Shown: positions 1 to 12,451 of the stretch, piece by piece
How the letters are laid out: the number at the start of each line of letters is the position of its first letter
Numbering within the stretch: position 1 is the stretch's first letter
Assembly (NCBI GenBank): GCA_002269645.1
Contig: NIVC01000994.1
Location: 1 to 64,000 of the forward strand
Direction of reading: 5' to 3'
Source: Macrostomum lignano
Taxonomy: Eukaryota
Length of the DNA stretch: 64,000 nucleotides
Position numbers and translations under genes: made by a program
Notes under the pieces: generated by a model
Seen by the model: only the letters and a program-made list of their open reading frames with translations
Database searches by the model: none
What the model was told of the DNA's origin: nothing

Positions 1-55
1 CGGCAGCGCGGAGCGTCATCGGCCCGATTCACAGCCTGGCCAGCAGCCGGATCAG
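1..55 (+). CDS. elav: ELAV/Hu-family RNA-binding protein, hinge-region exon (5' end outside window)
   Basis: Frame 3 reads AARSVIGPIHSLASSRIR, resembling the ELAV hinge GPIHH..RFR. Donor AG|GTTAG at 55/56 (phase 2) joins acceptor 2241 to give ..RIR-YSPL. Confidence 0.7.
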
Positions 56-1624
56 GTTAGCAAAAAATTCCCTTGGCTTCCATTCTGACTCTGACCATAG
101 AGGACTAAATTAGGGGTCGCTTTCATAGTGGACCGCGCTGTGGATTTTGGTCTTATGAAGCCTTTCCCCTCCTCCCTTAGGTGCTAAAAACGGAAAATTT
201 CTGTCTCGCCAATGTACAAGAAGATCGCATGAGTGCTTTTTACCATAGACACGCGCTCGTTAGCGTTCAAGAATCTCGTTCCTAAATTGATTCTATTGAA
301 AGCATAGGCCATGAAGTTCAACCATAGACAAATCAATCCTGCACGCTGGAATGGTGTGAGGGAGGGGTGATCAGAGGGAGGAGGGATAAGGAGATTACAA
401 CTGAATGCTAGTTGTCACCATAGATCTTATACTCTTATGATCTTTGGTGTCACTATAAAAACAAAAAACTAAATTTCAATCTGCAGCCATGGACAACTCA
501 AGTAGAAGGACGGGGAAACAAAATTTCTAGACTTTTTTGCAGGCAGGTATTGTCGAAAAATGCATGGCAAAAATAGTATTCATTTTTCAGCAGAAAATTT
601 GTATAAATTGCTTCTGATAAAAGGCAGACCCAATGTTAATCTTTTGATATGACTTTCTTTTTATAAAACAAATAAACAAAATTGTGCCACTTAATGATTT
701 TTACGCGCAGGACACGTACCTGGGATACAAAAATAACATAGAGTCCAAATTTTCTAAACAAAAAGCCCTTACCTGCACCATACATTGCATTAGACCTAAA
801 GGAGGTTTTGCATAGACAAAATCAGTTCCGCACGCAGAGTCAAATAAGAATGCCGGCCGGTTGGAGCGAAAATCGGCTTCCAATTTTCGCGACGAATTCT
901 GAGTGCAGCATCCCTCTGCTACAGAAGCTTAATTGTCCATGATCTGAGCTGCTTAAAGTACATATATTATGAATACGGCGATGGTTAAGACGGCAAGCAA
1001 GGCCAGTAATAAGACGCACAGGTGATCGCATCAACACAGTCAGTTTATAGCTCGTACTATAGACTTCCCAGTGCCCCGCCAAGCCACGCCAACGGATCGC
1101 ATGCAGTTTACAATTTCCTTTTTTGCAGTCTCGTTTTCCTGGCGTTAATAAGCCTATGATAAGCACTTGTATATTTTCGATGCTTCCGTTGGATCAAAGT
1201 GCCTGATCAGTTTGCTTTATTGACTGTTTGATAATAAGATTTTTGTTTAAAATGTTGACGACAGAGTGAGCCACTTTGTTTTAAGCCCTTATTCTATAAC
1301 CATGCTTTTCCGCGATTCATATTCTAACCAGACTACTTATCGGATAGAATATAGTAGTTAATACCCTTATAAAGTTTAATGAGCCCATCACAACATATGC
1401 TACTTACAAGTAGCGTTTTGAAAATAAAACATGTACCCATATGTTTTGTTTATATTTACACAGATATCTACACCCCCAGTAGCGTACCAGATTGATGTCT
1501 ATTCTGATTTTATGTTATCCTTTGTTTACATCGGCTTTCTTAACGGTCTCTCTCACATTATTCATTCTCTCTCCGATTCTTCGAATTATTGTTCTAAGCA
1601 TTGATCCAGGGGTTAGTAAGACTT

Positions 1625-2093
1625 AAATACTGAGGACTTGAGTACTTAGGACTTGAGTACTTAACTTGAGTACTTAGGACTTAAGTACTTTGGGGACTCA
1701 AGTCTTAAGTCCTAAGTACTCAAGTCCTAAGTACTCAAGTCCTAAGTACTCAAGTCCTAAGTACTCAAGTCCTAAGTACTCAAGTCCTAAGTACTCAAGT
1801 CCTAAGTACTCAAGTCCTTAGTACTCAAGTCCTAAGTACTCAAGTCCTAAGTACTCAAGTCCTAAGTACTCAAGTCCTAAGTACTCAAATCCTAAGTACT
1901 CAAGTCCTAAGTACTCAAGTCCTAAGTACTCAAGTCCTAAGTACTCAAGTCCTAAGTACTTAAGTCCTAAGTACTCAAGTCCTAAGTACTTAAGTCCTAA
2001 GTACTCAAGTCCTAAGTACTCAAGTCCTAAGTACTCAAGTTCTAAGTACTCAAGTCCTAAGTACTCAAGTTCTAAGTACTCAAGTCCTAAGTA
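1625..2093. repeat. 15-bp tandem array (GTCCTAAGTACTCAA)n with an inverted lead-in, in an ELAV intron
   Basis: Direct reading. Positions 1625-1690 are in the opposite orientation. Confidence 0.95.
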
Positions 2094-2241
2094 ACTCTCA
2101 ATGCCAAAAAACTCAAACAGCCTTGGTTTAAGACTTTTCCGATCTAGCTATGTCTCCGCTTTTCTATCCCAATTATTTTTTCCTACATTTAATTTGCTTT
2201 GTCTCCTTCTCTCCTTGACCCCGACGCCGTCTCGCTAAAAG

Positions 2242-2266
2242 GTACTCCCCGCTAGAGGGCTGCCAG
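2242..2266 (+). CDS. elav: ELAV/Hu 25-nt exon (R)YSPLEGCQ
   Basis: Polypyrimidine tract 2176-2220 and AAAAG acceptor at 2241. Completes the conserved RYSPL/RFSP hinge motif. Candidate donor CAG|GTGCCC at 2266/2267. Confidence 0.55.
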
Positions 2267-2340
2267 GTGCCCGTCCGAGCCCTGGCCTCCACCTTGGCCG
2301 CCGCGGCGCCCTGCCCGTGTCCATGGGCACCAGGCCGCAG

Positions 2341-2468
2341 CTGCCGCTGGCGCAGCCTCAGCAGCCAACAACGGCTTCTGCATTTCAAGCCGCCGCCGCC
2401 GCCGCCGCCGCCGCCGCAGCAGCCGCCGCGTATCCGCAGCCGGCCGTCTCCTTTGCCGCCTTCAACGG
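2341..2468 (+). CDS. elav: ELAV/Hu hinge exon, poly-Ala (LPLAQPQQ...AAAA..YPQPAVSFAAFNG)
   Basis: Open frame ending at donor GG|GTATGG (2468/2469, phase 2), in phase with acceptor TTTCAG at 3570. The 5' boundary (CCGCAG 2340) is inferred. Confidence 0.65.
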
Positions 2469-2860
2469 GTATGGAATCTGGGATGATCTGGGGAGTTGCC
2501 GATTGCGCTAGCTTACTTCTGTTCCCTTCTGTTCTACCAAGAGTTGTGTAGCTTTTAGTTGTCTTTTTAGTTTACCGATTTCGCAATATGATATCATAGA
2601 TAAAAATCGGTTTATTATTTAAGTTTTTAACTTGGCGATGGCACTGGTGGGAGAGTGGCTCAGTAGTGGGCAAAGTAAAGTTGTGTCTGCTGGTTGAAAG
2701 AGAAACGGGGAAGAGAAGGGAAGGTTGTTCTTGCAATAGTATCCATTTATAACGAAAATTACTAAGAAAATAAGAAAAGTGTGTGGATTCTGAAAGGTTT
2801 TTTCGTTTTATTGTAAGACGAAATGAACTGACTGAGGAACCTAGACATTGAAGGTGACAA

Positions 2861-3497
2861 TCATTACAGGAACAAGACAATCGTCACAGGAAAAAGCCGA
2901 TAATCACAGGAACAAGCTATTTATCACATAAACAAGTCAATCATCACAGGAACAAGTCAATCGTCCCAGGAACAACCCTATCGTCACAGGAACAACCCTA
3001 TCGTCACAGGAACAAGTCAATCATCACAGGAACAAGTCAATCCTCACAGGAACAAGTAAATCGTCACAGGAACAACCCTATCGTCACAGGAACAACCCTA
3101 TCGTCACAGGAACAACCCTATCGTCACAGGAACAACCCTATCGTCACAGGAACAACCCTATCGTCACAGGAACAACCCTATCGTCACAGGAACAACCCTA
3201 TCGTCACAGGAACAACCCTATCGTCACAGGAACAACCCTATCGTCACAGGAACAACCCTATCGTCACAGGAACAAGTCAATCCTCTCAGGAACGAGTCAA
3301 TCGTCACAGGAACAACCCTATCGTCACAGGAACAACCCTATCGTTACAGGAACAAGCCAATCATCACAGGAACAAGCCAGTCATCACAGGAACAAGTCCA
3401 TCATCACAGGAACAAGCCAGTCATCACAGGAACAAGCCAATCATCACAGGAACAAGCCAGTCATTACAGGAACAAGCCAGTCATCGCAGGAACAAGC
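2861..3497. repeat. 20-bp tandem array (TCGTCACAGGAACAACCCTA and variants), ELAV intron 2469-3570
   Basis: Direct reading. Confidence 0.95.
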
Positions 3498-3570
3498 CGC
3501 GGTAGCTATATCCAATGAACTCGGTTGGCAACTGACAACATTCCGGATCCAAAATCCCAATCTGTTTCAG

Positions 3571-4108
3571 CTACCATGCCGGCATTCCCACTGGCCTGGA
3601 GACCCTGGTGCCCGTCACTTCGATGGGCCACCTCTACGCTGGACCGCCTGCGGCAGCTGGCCTGCCCAACGTGATGCCGATGCACCAGGCCGCCCCGGCG
3701 CCGCAGCCGCCGCCCCCTCCGCCGCCGCCTCCACAACAGTCGGCCGGCGTAACCCCAACGTCTCCACTAGGCGGCATCAGCGGAGGCGGCGCAGGCGCTG
3801 GCAGTGGCTGGAGCCTGTTCGTGTACAACCTGGCGCCCGAGGCCGACGAGTCTCTGCTCTGGCAGCTGTTCAGCCCGTTTGGGGCCCTCCAGGCAGTGAA
3901 GGTGGTCCGCGACCAGGGCAGCGCCAAATGCCGCGGCTTCGGCTTCGTCACGATGAACAGCTACGAAGAGGCGGCGCTGGCTGTCACCTCGCTGAACGGG
4001 GCCAGCCTGGGCGGCCGGCTGCTGCAGGTGTCCTTTAAGGGCCTGCCGACCATGCCGGGCCGGAAGTCGGCCAGCCCGCTGCCCTTCTGCATTCCCCTGC
4101 ATCCTTGA
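3571..4108 (+). CDS. elav: ELAV/Hu last exon containing RRM3
   Basis: [26 protein letters not shown]...[25 protein letters not shown]...LQVSFK matches the ELAV/HuC/HuD RRM3 (RNP2/RNP1). Stop TGA at 4106-4108, followed by a long U-rich 3' region. Confidence 0.92.
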
Positions 4109-5808
4109 GAACGTTGCCGACGAGGGAATGTGGAGGGGAGAGAGAAACCTCATCAAGTTCCTCTTGTCACACCGGAGGGAGTTTGCCTCAAGCCTGTAGT
4201 TACTAGGGGTAAAACAATGCGTTTATCTACAGTGCAAGTGATTGGACAGAAACGATGCTCTCTTTCAGTAGGAACCAAGCTAAAAGTCCCTCAGCTTGCT
4301 GTAAAAAATGATTGTGACCAATTAGAACAACTTAAGCTTTGTAGAATGCTGAAGCTAAGAAAAACTTGCTGCTGAAATATTCAACTCAGTTGCTTTTTTT
4401 ATGAGTAAATATTTTCTTTTTGTTAAACTGTTTGTACACTATTGTTGTGCAAACTGTTAAGTGATCTCTGCAAAGTCGGACAAAATTGCACCTATCTATA
4501 TAATATGTATATTAGTCAATGGACCTCCCCTTCTATAGTCATAGACAGTCCTCTGACCCGTTTGACTTCCGCTGTTTTAATGCTAAATCTGCCCCGCCTC
4601 CCATGCGATGGTGTTTGTTTGCTGAGTCGATTATTGTGAAATACATGCATAACAGTTATAACTGGCACAAGCATACTTTTACAACACAATGAGCTGTCTC
4701 TTTTAATGAAAAATTGTCATTAAAACAAAACAAGGCCGTACTAAGCCTCGACATCAGATAAAGTACTTCTCAAAGTTGTTTTAAATTTACCTTTTTGTTT
4801 TATTGAGTTCGTTCTATAATTTTTTTGAAACCATATGCTACTGTTTCTTTTGTTTCCCTCTGTTGAATTTATTTATCTTGTTTTTTAACTGCGTTCGTGC
4901 CCCTATGTTACCTTTATTTTAATTTTGTTTGAATTGCCGCTTCGGTTTTTTATTTTTGTTTTTATTTTGCCATCATACACCCTGCGCTGCTGCGGAATGC
5001 ATTAAGGAAAATAGTTAAAAAGAAAATCGAACGTCATTCTAATGAATTTTGAACAGAATTTAAAACAAAACTCAAAAAATGAAAAGTACAAATTAACTTT
5101 AGCCATTCTCATACATTTTGAACAGAGATAAAAACAATAATAAAACCAATAAAAAGAAATCAATTACCATGTCCATGGTTATGAATATATGACTAAAACT
5201 AATTATAATTACTTTTATTGTATTACAATAACCGAATTAAAATTAAGCAAATGATACATACTGCAGAATAAAAATAGCTAAACGAGTGTAGACTTTTTTG
5301 TCAAAAGCATGCAGCGAGCATTCAATATATTTTCAAACTAACTAAAGCATTCGATTTGCATGTTTAATATTGCGTGAATTTCCATTTTACCTCGTTATTA
5401 AGTTTTGCTGTTCCATAATATTTATCAAATTTTATAGTCTCACATTTCACATTATTGCTTAGATTGCTAGGAGTGAATCTCTTGAAATCTATCTTATTTG
5501 ACGAAATTCCTATTAATTAGCTACTAACTTATGTTGCTGCATTATGCACGATTAGCCCGCGTAAGTGCGCGCTGTGTGTGTGTCTGTAATGTGCATATAT
5601 ACTACTGCTGAACTACTCGGAATATATCTATACATTTAATTGCAGCGTATAATGCAAGCTATAAAATTTAGTTTGATTCTTTCCGTATGATTGATTTTAT
5701 TGCTCGAGATTTTGACGCATATTATAGAAATCCTCCTGATTTATTAACACTCCGGAACATACATATGTACAAGTGTCAATGCACATGCGTTATCGAATTT
5801 ATATACAG

Positions 5809-6920
5809 GATCATGATCAGGATCGGGATCAGGATCGGGATCAGGATCGGGATCAGGATCGGGATCAGGATCGGGATCAGGATCGGGATCAGGATCGGGA
5901 TCAGGATCGGGATCAGGATCGGGATCAGGATCGGGATCAGGATCGGGATCAGGATCGGGATCAGGATCGGGATCAGGATCGGGATCAGGATCGGGATCAG
6001 GATCGGGATCAGGATCGGGATCAGGATCGGGATCAGGATCGGGATCAGGATCGGGATCAGGATCGGGATCAGGATCGGGATCAGGATCGGGATCAGGATC
6101 GGGATCAGGATCGGATCAGGATCGGGATCAGGATCGGGATCAGGATCGGGATCAGGATCGGGATCAGGATCGGGATCAGGATCGGGATCAGGATCGGGAT
6201 CAGGATCGGGATCAGTATCGGGATCAGGATCGGGATCAGGATCGGGATCAGGATCGGGATCAGGATCGGGATCAGGATCGGGATCAGGATCGGGATCAGG
6301 ATCGGGATCAGGATCGGGATCAGGATCGGGATCAGGATCGGGATCAGGATCGGGATCAGGATCGGGATCAGGATCGGGATCAGGATCGGGATCATGATCG
6401 GGATCAGGATCGGGATCAGGATCGGGATCAGGATCGGGATCAGGATCGGGATCAGGATCGGGATCAGGATCGGGATCAGGATCGGGATCAGGATCGGGAT
6501 CAGGATCGGGATCAGGATCGGGATCAGGATCGGGATCAGGATCGGGATCAGGATCGGGATCAGGATCGGGATCAGGATCGGGATCAGGATCGGGATCAGG
6601 ATCGGGATCAGGATCGGGATCAGGATCGGGATCAGGATCGGGATCAGGATCGGGATCAGGATCGGGATCAGGATCGGGATCAGGATCGGGATCAGTATCG
6701 GGATCAGGATCGGGATCAGGATCGGGATCAGGATCGGGATCAGGATCGGGATCAGGATCGGGATCAGGATCGGGATCAGGATCGGGATCAGGATCGGGAT
6801 CAGGATCGGGATCAGGATCGGGATCAGGATCGGGATCAGGATCGGGATCAGGATCGGGATCAGGATCGGGATCAGGATCGGGATCAGGATCGGGATCAGG
6901 ATCGGGATCAGGATCGGGAT
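5809..6920. repeat. 12-bp array (GATCAGGATCGG)n, intergenic
   Basis: Direct reading, with a 1-nt phase slip near 6113. Source of the RIGI/DQDR/GS artefact ORFs. Confidence 0.97.
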
Positions 6921-7444
6921 TTAGATTGCAGGTAGCTTGTTAAGAGATTAACACTTAATCGGGCATAATGCACGATTAATTGAAGATCAACAATAGACAG
7001 ATATCAGGAGAAGGGATATCCACTATAAGCCATAAATATACTCGGAAACTGCCACCCATAACGAGTTTTGCTATATTTTATCTTGAAAAAAATTCTAATC
7101 TTCATGCTGCGCAGTGCAGAGGGCAGACAGATGTTTTATGACTAGACCTTCTATATTCTGGTTAATAGAGAAATTCTTGTTGCGCAGAAAAAGGGGAACT
7201 TGGCCTGAAGGCGCAGAGTACGCTTGTACAGTTCACAGGAACCTCTGAGGCTCTCAACCAATGAGGCTTCCTGTACTAGGGAACCAGCTGCAGGAGATAC
7301 GGGGAGAGAGAAGGACAGAAACACACTGCTGTACACTGCGGCAAGTCCAAGAACTCACAGTCTGGGGCTAGAGAGAGTGTGTGTGTTTGCGCTGGTAGTG
7401 AATATTCTCTTTCTCTCTGCCTCGCTCAGTTGAACTTGAATAAA

Positions 7445-7907
7445 ATGGTAGAGCCGGTAAAGCTAGCGAATTCAAGCAGCAATACGGCGCAGGGACTTTC
7501 GGCTCGTAGTCAGCCAAAAGCAAAACCACAGTTTTATTATTTAGTAATGAGCGAGAAATTTTCCTGGTTGGAATTTCACCAAGAGTTGAAGTGTGCCGGC
7601 CTCACCAAAAAGAGGGCCGCCTTTCAAACCCGGATTGGCGAGCTGGTGGAAGGCGTCGCAGCCGCCGTGGTTGGCATCAGCGGCGAGTCCTACTACGACT
7701 GGATGATGACGGGCAGCTTCGTGGAAGGCTGGGGCAATAATCTGTTCAGGCTGGACGGCGTCACCGGCGTAGACTCCGACATCGATTGGAGCCAAGTTGT
7801 CAAGCACAAGGTGTACCACCTGCGCAGCACCTGCCACTCTGTGGTTGACTGCATCAATAGGAAAGACTACGAGTTGAAAAATGGGCATATTGTTGTGAAG
7901 AACAGCA
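7445..7907 (+). CDS. cGAS-like receptor / Mab-21-family nucleotidyltransferase, exon 1
   Basis: TGSFVEG...DSDID is the GS...DxD motif of the pol-beta-superfamily NTase in its GSxxEG..SDxD invertebrate cGLR form. Perfect donor A|GTGAGT at 7907/7908 (phase 1). Start could be ATG 7445 or 7547. Confidence 0.82.
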
Positions 7908-8029
7908 GTGAGTGTTGCATTGGATTGCATTGTATATGAAATCAATAATTGTGTTTTGATTTGACCGGGCAAACGCTCTATGCTTCATTTGTATGCAGCT
8001 CACAGTGCTAGGGGACCTAGGGGTCACTG

Positions 8030-8297
8030 AAGGAACTGGAGATACTCACTGAAGGACCTTGGGGATGCTCACTGAAGGCCCTTGAGGATGCTCACTGAAG
8101 GACCTTGAGGATGCTCACTGAAGGACCTTGAGGATGCTCACTGAAGGACCTTTGGGATGCTCACTGAAGGACCTTGAGGATGCTCACTGAAGGACCTTTG
8201 GGATGCTCACTGAAGGACCTTGAGGATGCTTACTAAAGGACCTTGGGGATGCTCACTGAGGGACCTTGGGGATGCTCACTGAGGGACCTTGGGACCT
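8030..8297. repeat. ~23-bp array (GGATGCTCACTGAAGGACCTTGA), cGLR intron 1
   Basis: Direct reading. Confidence 0.9.
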
Positions 8298-8380
8298 ACG
8301 CTCTGAAGGACTCGATCCTTTGTGGTCCATAAAACAAGCGGAATTCCGATCTCGCAAAATGACCTCCCCTCGGCTGTCAG

Positions 8381-8729
8381 GTCAGCAGCCGGCATTCGAC
8401 ACGAAGCGTCACGGACTGCGCCCCGACACGGACGAGTGTCACGCCTATCCGTGCTGCTCCTACCCGGCCACTGTGCTGGACGATGATCAAGATGAAGTCA
8501 ACACTGACAGATATCCAGTGTGCGATAAATTTCAACAGATTATTAAGACGCAGTTTGACAACGAGAATCCGATCGAAGATGTGCACTTTGTTCGGGCCAG
8601 CGTGCCAGGCGAGGTGAACCAGCTGCGCCTAAGCTGCACTAGGCAGGAGCGCTTCATAATGAGTCAGCTAAGCACAGTTCAAGGACAGCTATTCACTGTG
8701 CTCAAATATCTTTTCAAAACTAAGGAGGA
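8381..8729 (+). CDS. cGAS-like receptor, exon 2
   Basis: Acceptor TGTCAG 8380 is phase-compatible. DTDECHAYPCCSYP supplies the third Asp in a D.v.A..C..(W)P-like motif, and LRLSCTRQERFI..QGQLFTVLKYLFK matches the Mab-21 RLSFS..E..L...Q...LK motif. Donor GA|GTAAGT at 8729/8730. Confidence 0.85.
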
Positions 8730-8769
8730 GTAAGTATTGATGTTTCGTTCGATACATTGCCTGCATTAG

Positions 8770-9262
<493 letters not shown>

Positions 9263-9302
9263 ATTAGATGAAAGCTTTAATGATGATCTGTTGCAATCGC
9301 AG

Positions 9303-12300
9303 CGAACGCAACCCTAAGTCGGAGAAGAAGATCATCGAGAGCGTGAAATCCTACCATGCAAAGACCTTGTTAATGAAGTTGCTGCGCGACCGGGACAGCT
9401 GGCCAGCAAACGGGCATGACGATGACGTAGAGGAAGATGAAGAGGCATCAAAGAGGCTGGAGCGACTGGTCTGGCGCGGGCTCGGCTTTCTGTTGCGATC
9501 GATCACAACTAACCTTCAAGCTGCGGAGGCTGGCGAGGAGCCAAGCGGTGGTGTCCCAATACAGACTAAGTCTGCTTCACTGCACTGCTCACCTGATCAC
9601 TGCTTACCTGAAAATCTCCTCAATTTCAGGCGATTCGAAGGAACCACCACAGTCTCCATCTCGGCAGGCTTCCGTCGCCTCCAGCAGCGCGTCCACGAAG
9701 AGCTCGAACTCGAAGGTTCCGCGAGTACTGGACCACGCACTGCTGAAGGACTGCGGTCTCTACTTGAAGCCAAAAAAGCCAAAAGAGGCAACTAAAAGCA
9801 GCAAGTCGTCTATTCTGTCTTTTATTTTTCGATCGCCGCAGGAGCAGCCGAAGAAGGCGATATCTGCGATAGAGGCTCACGCTAGCGCTCTTGAGGAGAT
9901 GAAGGAGGACCTGCTAGGTCTGATCGGCAAGCGGGGAGACATGGACGATGTGCTCGCTGAGACGCCTGGAATTCTGTGGGAGAGAGGTTCAAGCGCAGTC
10001 AGTGATTTGAACCGAGAGCTGAAGAAGCTGAACGAGCCGGAGCTGAAAATGGTTCTGGAAAAATTCGAAAAACTAACTCAGAGTGAGATTGAAAGCATGA
10101 GCCAGAGTAAGGACACAAGTCAGGGTCAGGGCGCTAGCCGTAGCCAGGGTGAGGACACAAGTCAGGGTCAGGGCGCTAGCCATAGCCAGAGTGAGGACCC
10201 AAGTCAGGGTCAGGGCGCTAGCCGTAGCCAGGGTGAGGACACAAGTCAGGGCCAGGGCGCTAGCCATAGCCAGAGTGAGGACCCAAGTCAGGGTCAGGGC
10301 GCTAGCCGTAGCCAGGGTGAGGACACAAGTCAGGGCCAGGGCGCTAGCCGTAGCCAGAGTGAGGACCCAAGTCAGGGCCAGGGCGCTAGCCGTAGCCAGA
10401 GTGAGGACCCAAGTCAGGGCCAGGGCGCTAGCCGTAGCCAGAGTGAGGACCCAAGTCAGGGCCAGGGCGCTAGCCGTAGCCAGAGCCTGACTCGGAGTGA
10501 AAGTGAAAATGACATGAGACAAAGAGAAGAGAAGCTGCGCAAGAAAATCGCGAATCTGTATGGAAAACTCGGCGATACCTACAAGCTATACGACGTTCTA
10601 AAAGACTATCAGACCCGAGTGACGAGTACTTCGGACGAAAGAAAAAAGCACGGCAAGAAAGAGGATGTCATCGGAGATGAGGCACAATTTCTTTTCATTC
10701 CGTTAGCAATGCTGCCGCGAATCACGTTAGACACTCTGCTTGACGAGAAGGGGCGTCGGTTGAAAAAGGAAAAAACTACCGGAGCTGCCGAAGGTTCAAC
10801 TGCCGTAGCTGGTGAACGTTCAACTACCGTAGCTGGTGAAGGTTCAACTACCGGAACTGCCGAAGGTTCAACTACCGGAGCTGCCGAAGGTTCAACTACC
10901 GGAGCTGCCGAAGGCTCAACTGCCGTAGCTGGTGAAGATTCAACTACCGTAGCTGGCGAAGGTTCAACTACCGGAGCTGCCGAAGGCTCAACTGTCGTAG
11001 CTGGCGAAGGTTCAACTACCGGAGCTGGCGAAGGTTCAACTACCGGAGCTGGCGAAGGTTCAACTACCGGAGCCGCCCAGGGTTCAACTACCGGAGCTGG
11101 CGAAGGTTCAACTACCGGAGCTGGCGAAGGTTCAACTGCCGTAGCTGGCGAAGGTTCAACTACCGGAGCTGGCGAAGGTTCAACTACCGTAGCTGGTGAA
11201 GGTTCAACTACCGGAACTGCCGAAGGTTCAACTACCGGAGCTGCCGAAGGTTCAACTACCGGAGCTGCCGAAGGCTCAACTGCCGTAGCTGGTGAAGATT
11301 CAACTACCGTAGCTGGCGAAGGTTCAACTACCGGAGCTGCCGAAGGCTCAACTGTCGTAGCTGGCGAAGGTTCAACTACCGGAGCTGGCGAAGGTTCAAC
11401 TACCGGAGCTGGCGAAGGTTCAACTACCGGAGCCGCCCAGGGTTCAACTACCGGAGCTGGCGAAGGTTCAACTACCGGAGCTGGCGAAGGTTCAACTGCC
11501 GTAGCTGGCGAAGGTTCAACTACCGGAGCTGGCGAAGGTTCAACTACCGGAGCCGCCCAGGGTTCAACTACCGGAGCTGGCGAAGGTTCAACTACCGGAG
11601 CTGGCGAAGGTTCAACTACCGGAGCTGCCGAAGGTTCAACTACCGGAGCTGCCGAAGGTTCAACGAACGAACCTTTCAAGGATTCGGCAGTCGACCAAAA
11701 AGCAATAAATGAGCTTAAAAAGGCTTACATTAAAGTCTGGATTGTACTGAGAAGCCTGAGCGATTCAGAGAGGAATTCATCTGAGCCTAGCCAGACCCAG
11801 GGCCCTAGCCGTAGCCAGGACGCTGGCCAAAGGCCGAGCGACAGCTCACTGCAGAAGGCCAAGCAATGGATCAAAAACAAGGCGTTTCTAAAGACCACTT
11901 GGCTGTGCCTGGAGATCATGGAGAATCTAAAGAATGGCCACATAGAGGAGGTGAAACGGCTCCTCAGGGAAACCGATTGTCAGCCAACACGATGGATCAA
12001 ACCAGAGAAGGATTACGACTTTGCCAAGCTGCTCAGAGAAAAGGACTGCGTATGGATATTTCACTACTTCATCAGGCCCAATATAAAGATCAGCTACAAC
12101 TACTTGAACGACGTGCAGAATCCGGTCGAAAGAGGCACCAAAATTGAAAAACGAACGGAATACGAGAAAGGCGAAGGCAGGGTGTTCGAGTACATTAACG
12201 GTGTGCGCAAGGACTGGCTGATTCACCTGGTTGTCAATCAGGACGACAAGAAAAGCCGGCAGCCGAGTCTCACTGTCAATTTCGACGGCCTGCTGGACCG

Positions 12301-12451
12301 ATTCAGGCGTCGATTCGGTGACGGCAACGTGGACGTCGATTCGGCAGCACAGATAAAGGACGACGACTATTTGGACACAATGAAAAACTGCCTGTTTGAC
12401 CCACGCGAGGCGGAGAGGCTGGAGGCCGAGAGGTTGAAAAATCATAGATAA
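9303..12451 (+). CDS. cGAS-like receptor, exon 3 (Mab-21 C-lobe plus long C-terminal extension); +1 frame break between ~9630 and 9795
   Basis: Acceptor TCGCAG 9302 restores phase (KTKED-ERNPK). KSYHAKTLL and HCLPENLL are Mab-21 C-lobe motifs. That frame stops at 9793-9795, while the overlapping frame stays open to TAG 12449-12451. Removing 1 nt makes the three exons total 3960 nt (1319 aa). Confidence 0.7.
10100..10487 (+). repeat. Coding VNTR, 42-bp / 14-aa unit [14 protein letters not shown]
   Basis: About 9 units in frame within the cGLR ORF. Confidence 0.92.
10775..11665 (+). repeat. Coding VNTR, 24-bp / 8-aa unit (A)GEGSTTG with a 360-bp higher-order duplication
   Basis: About 37 units. 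The 60-nt lines starting at 10861-11101 are identical to those starting at 11221-11461. Confidence 0.93.

Noticed and set aside
5687-6924. Long ORFs (RIGI, DQDR, GSGS, ILIP)
   Set aside because: Translations of a stop-free 12-bp array, with no splice or domain support.
9772-9778. AAAAAAG as a classical -1 slippery site in cGLR
   Set aside because: It is not in the X_XXY_YYZ register of the upstream frame, and the required shift is +1, not -1.
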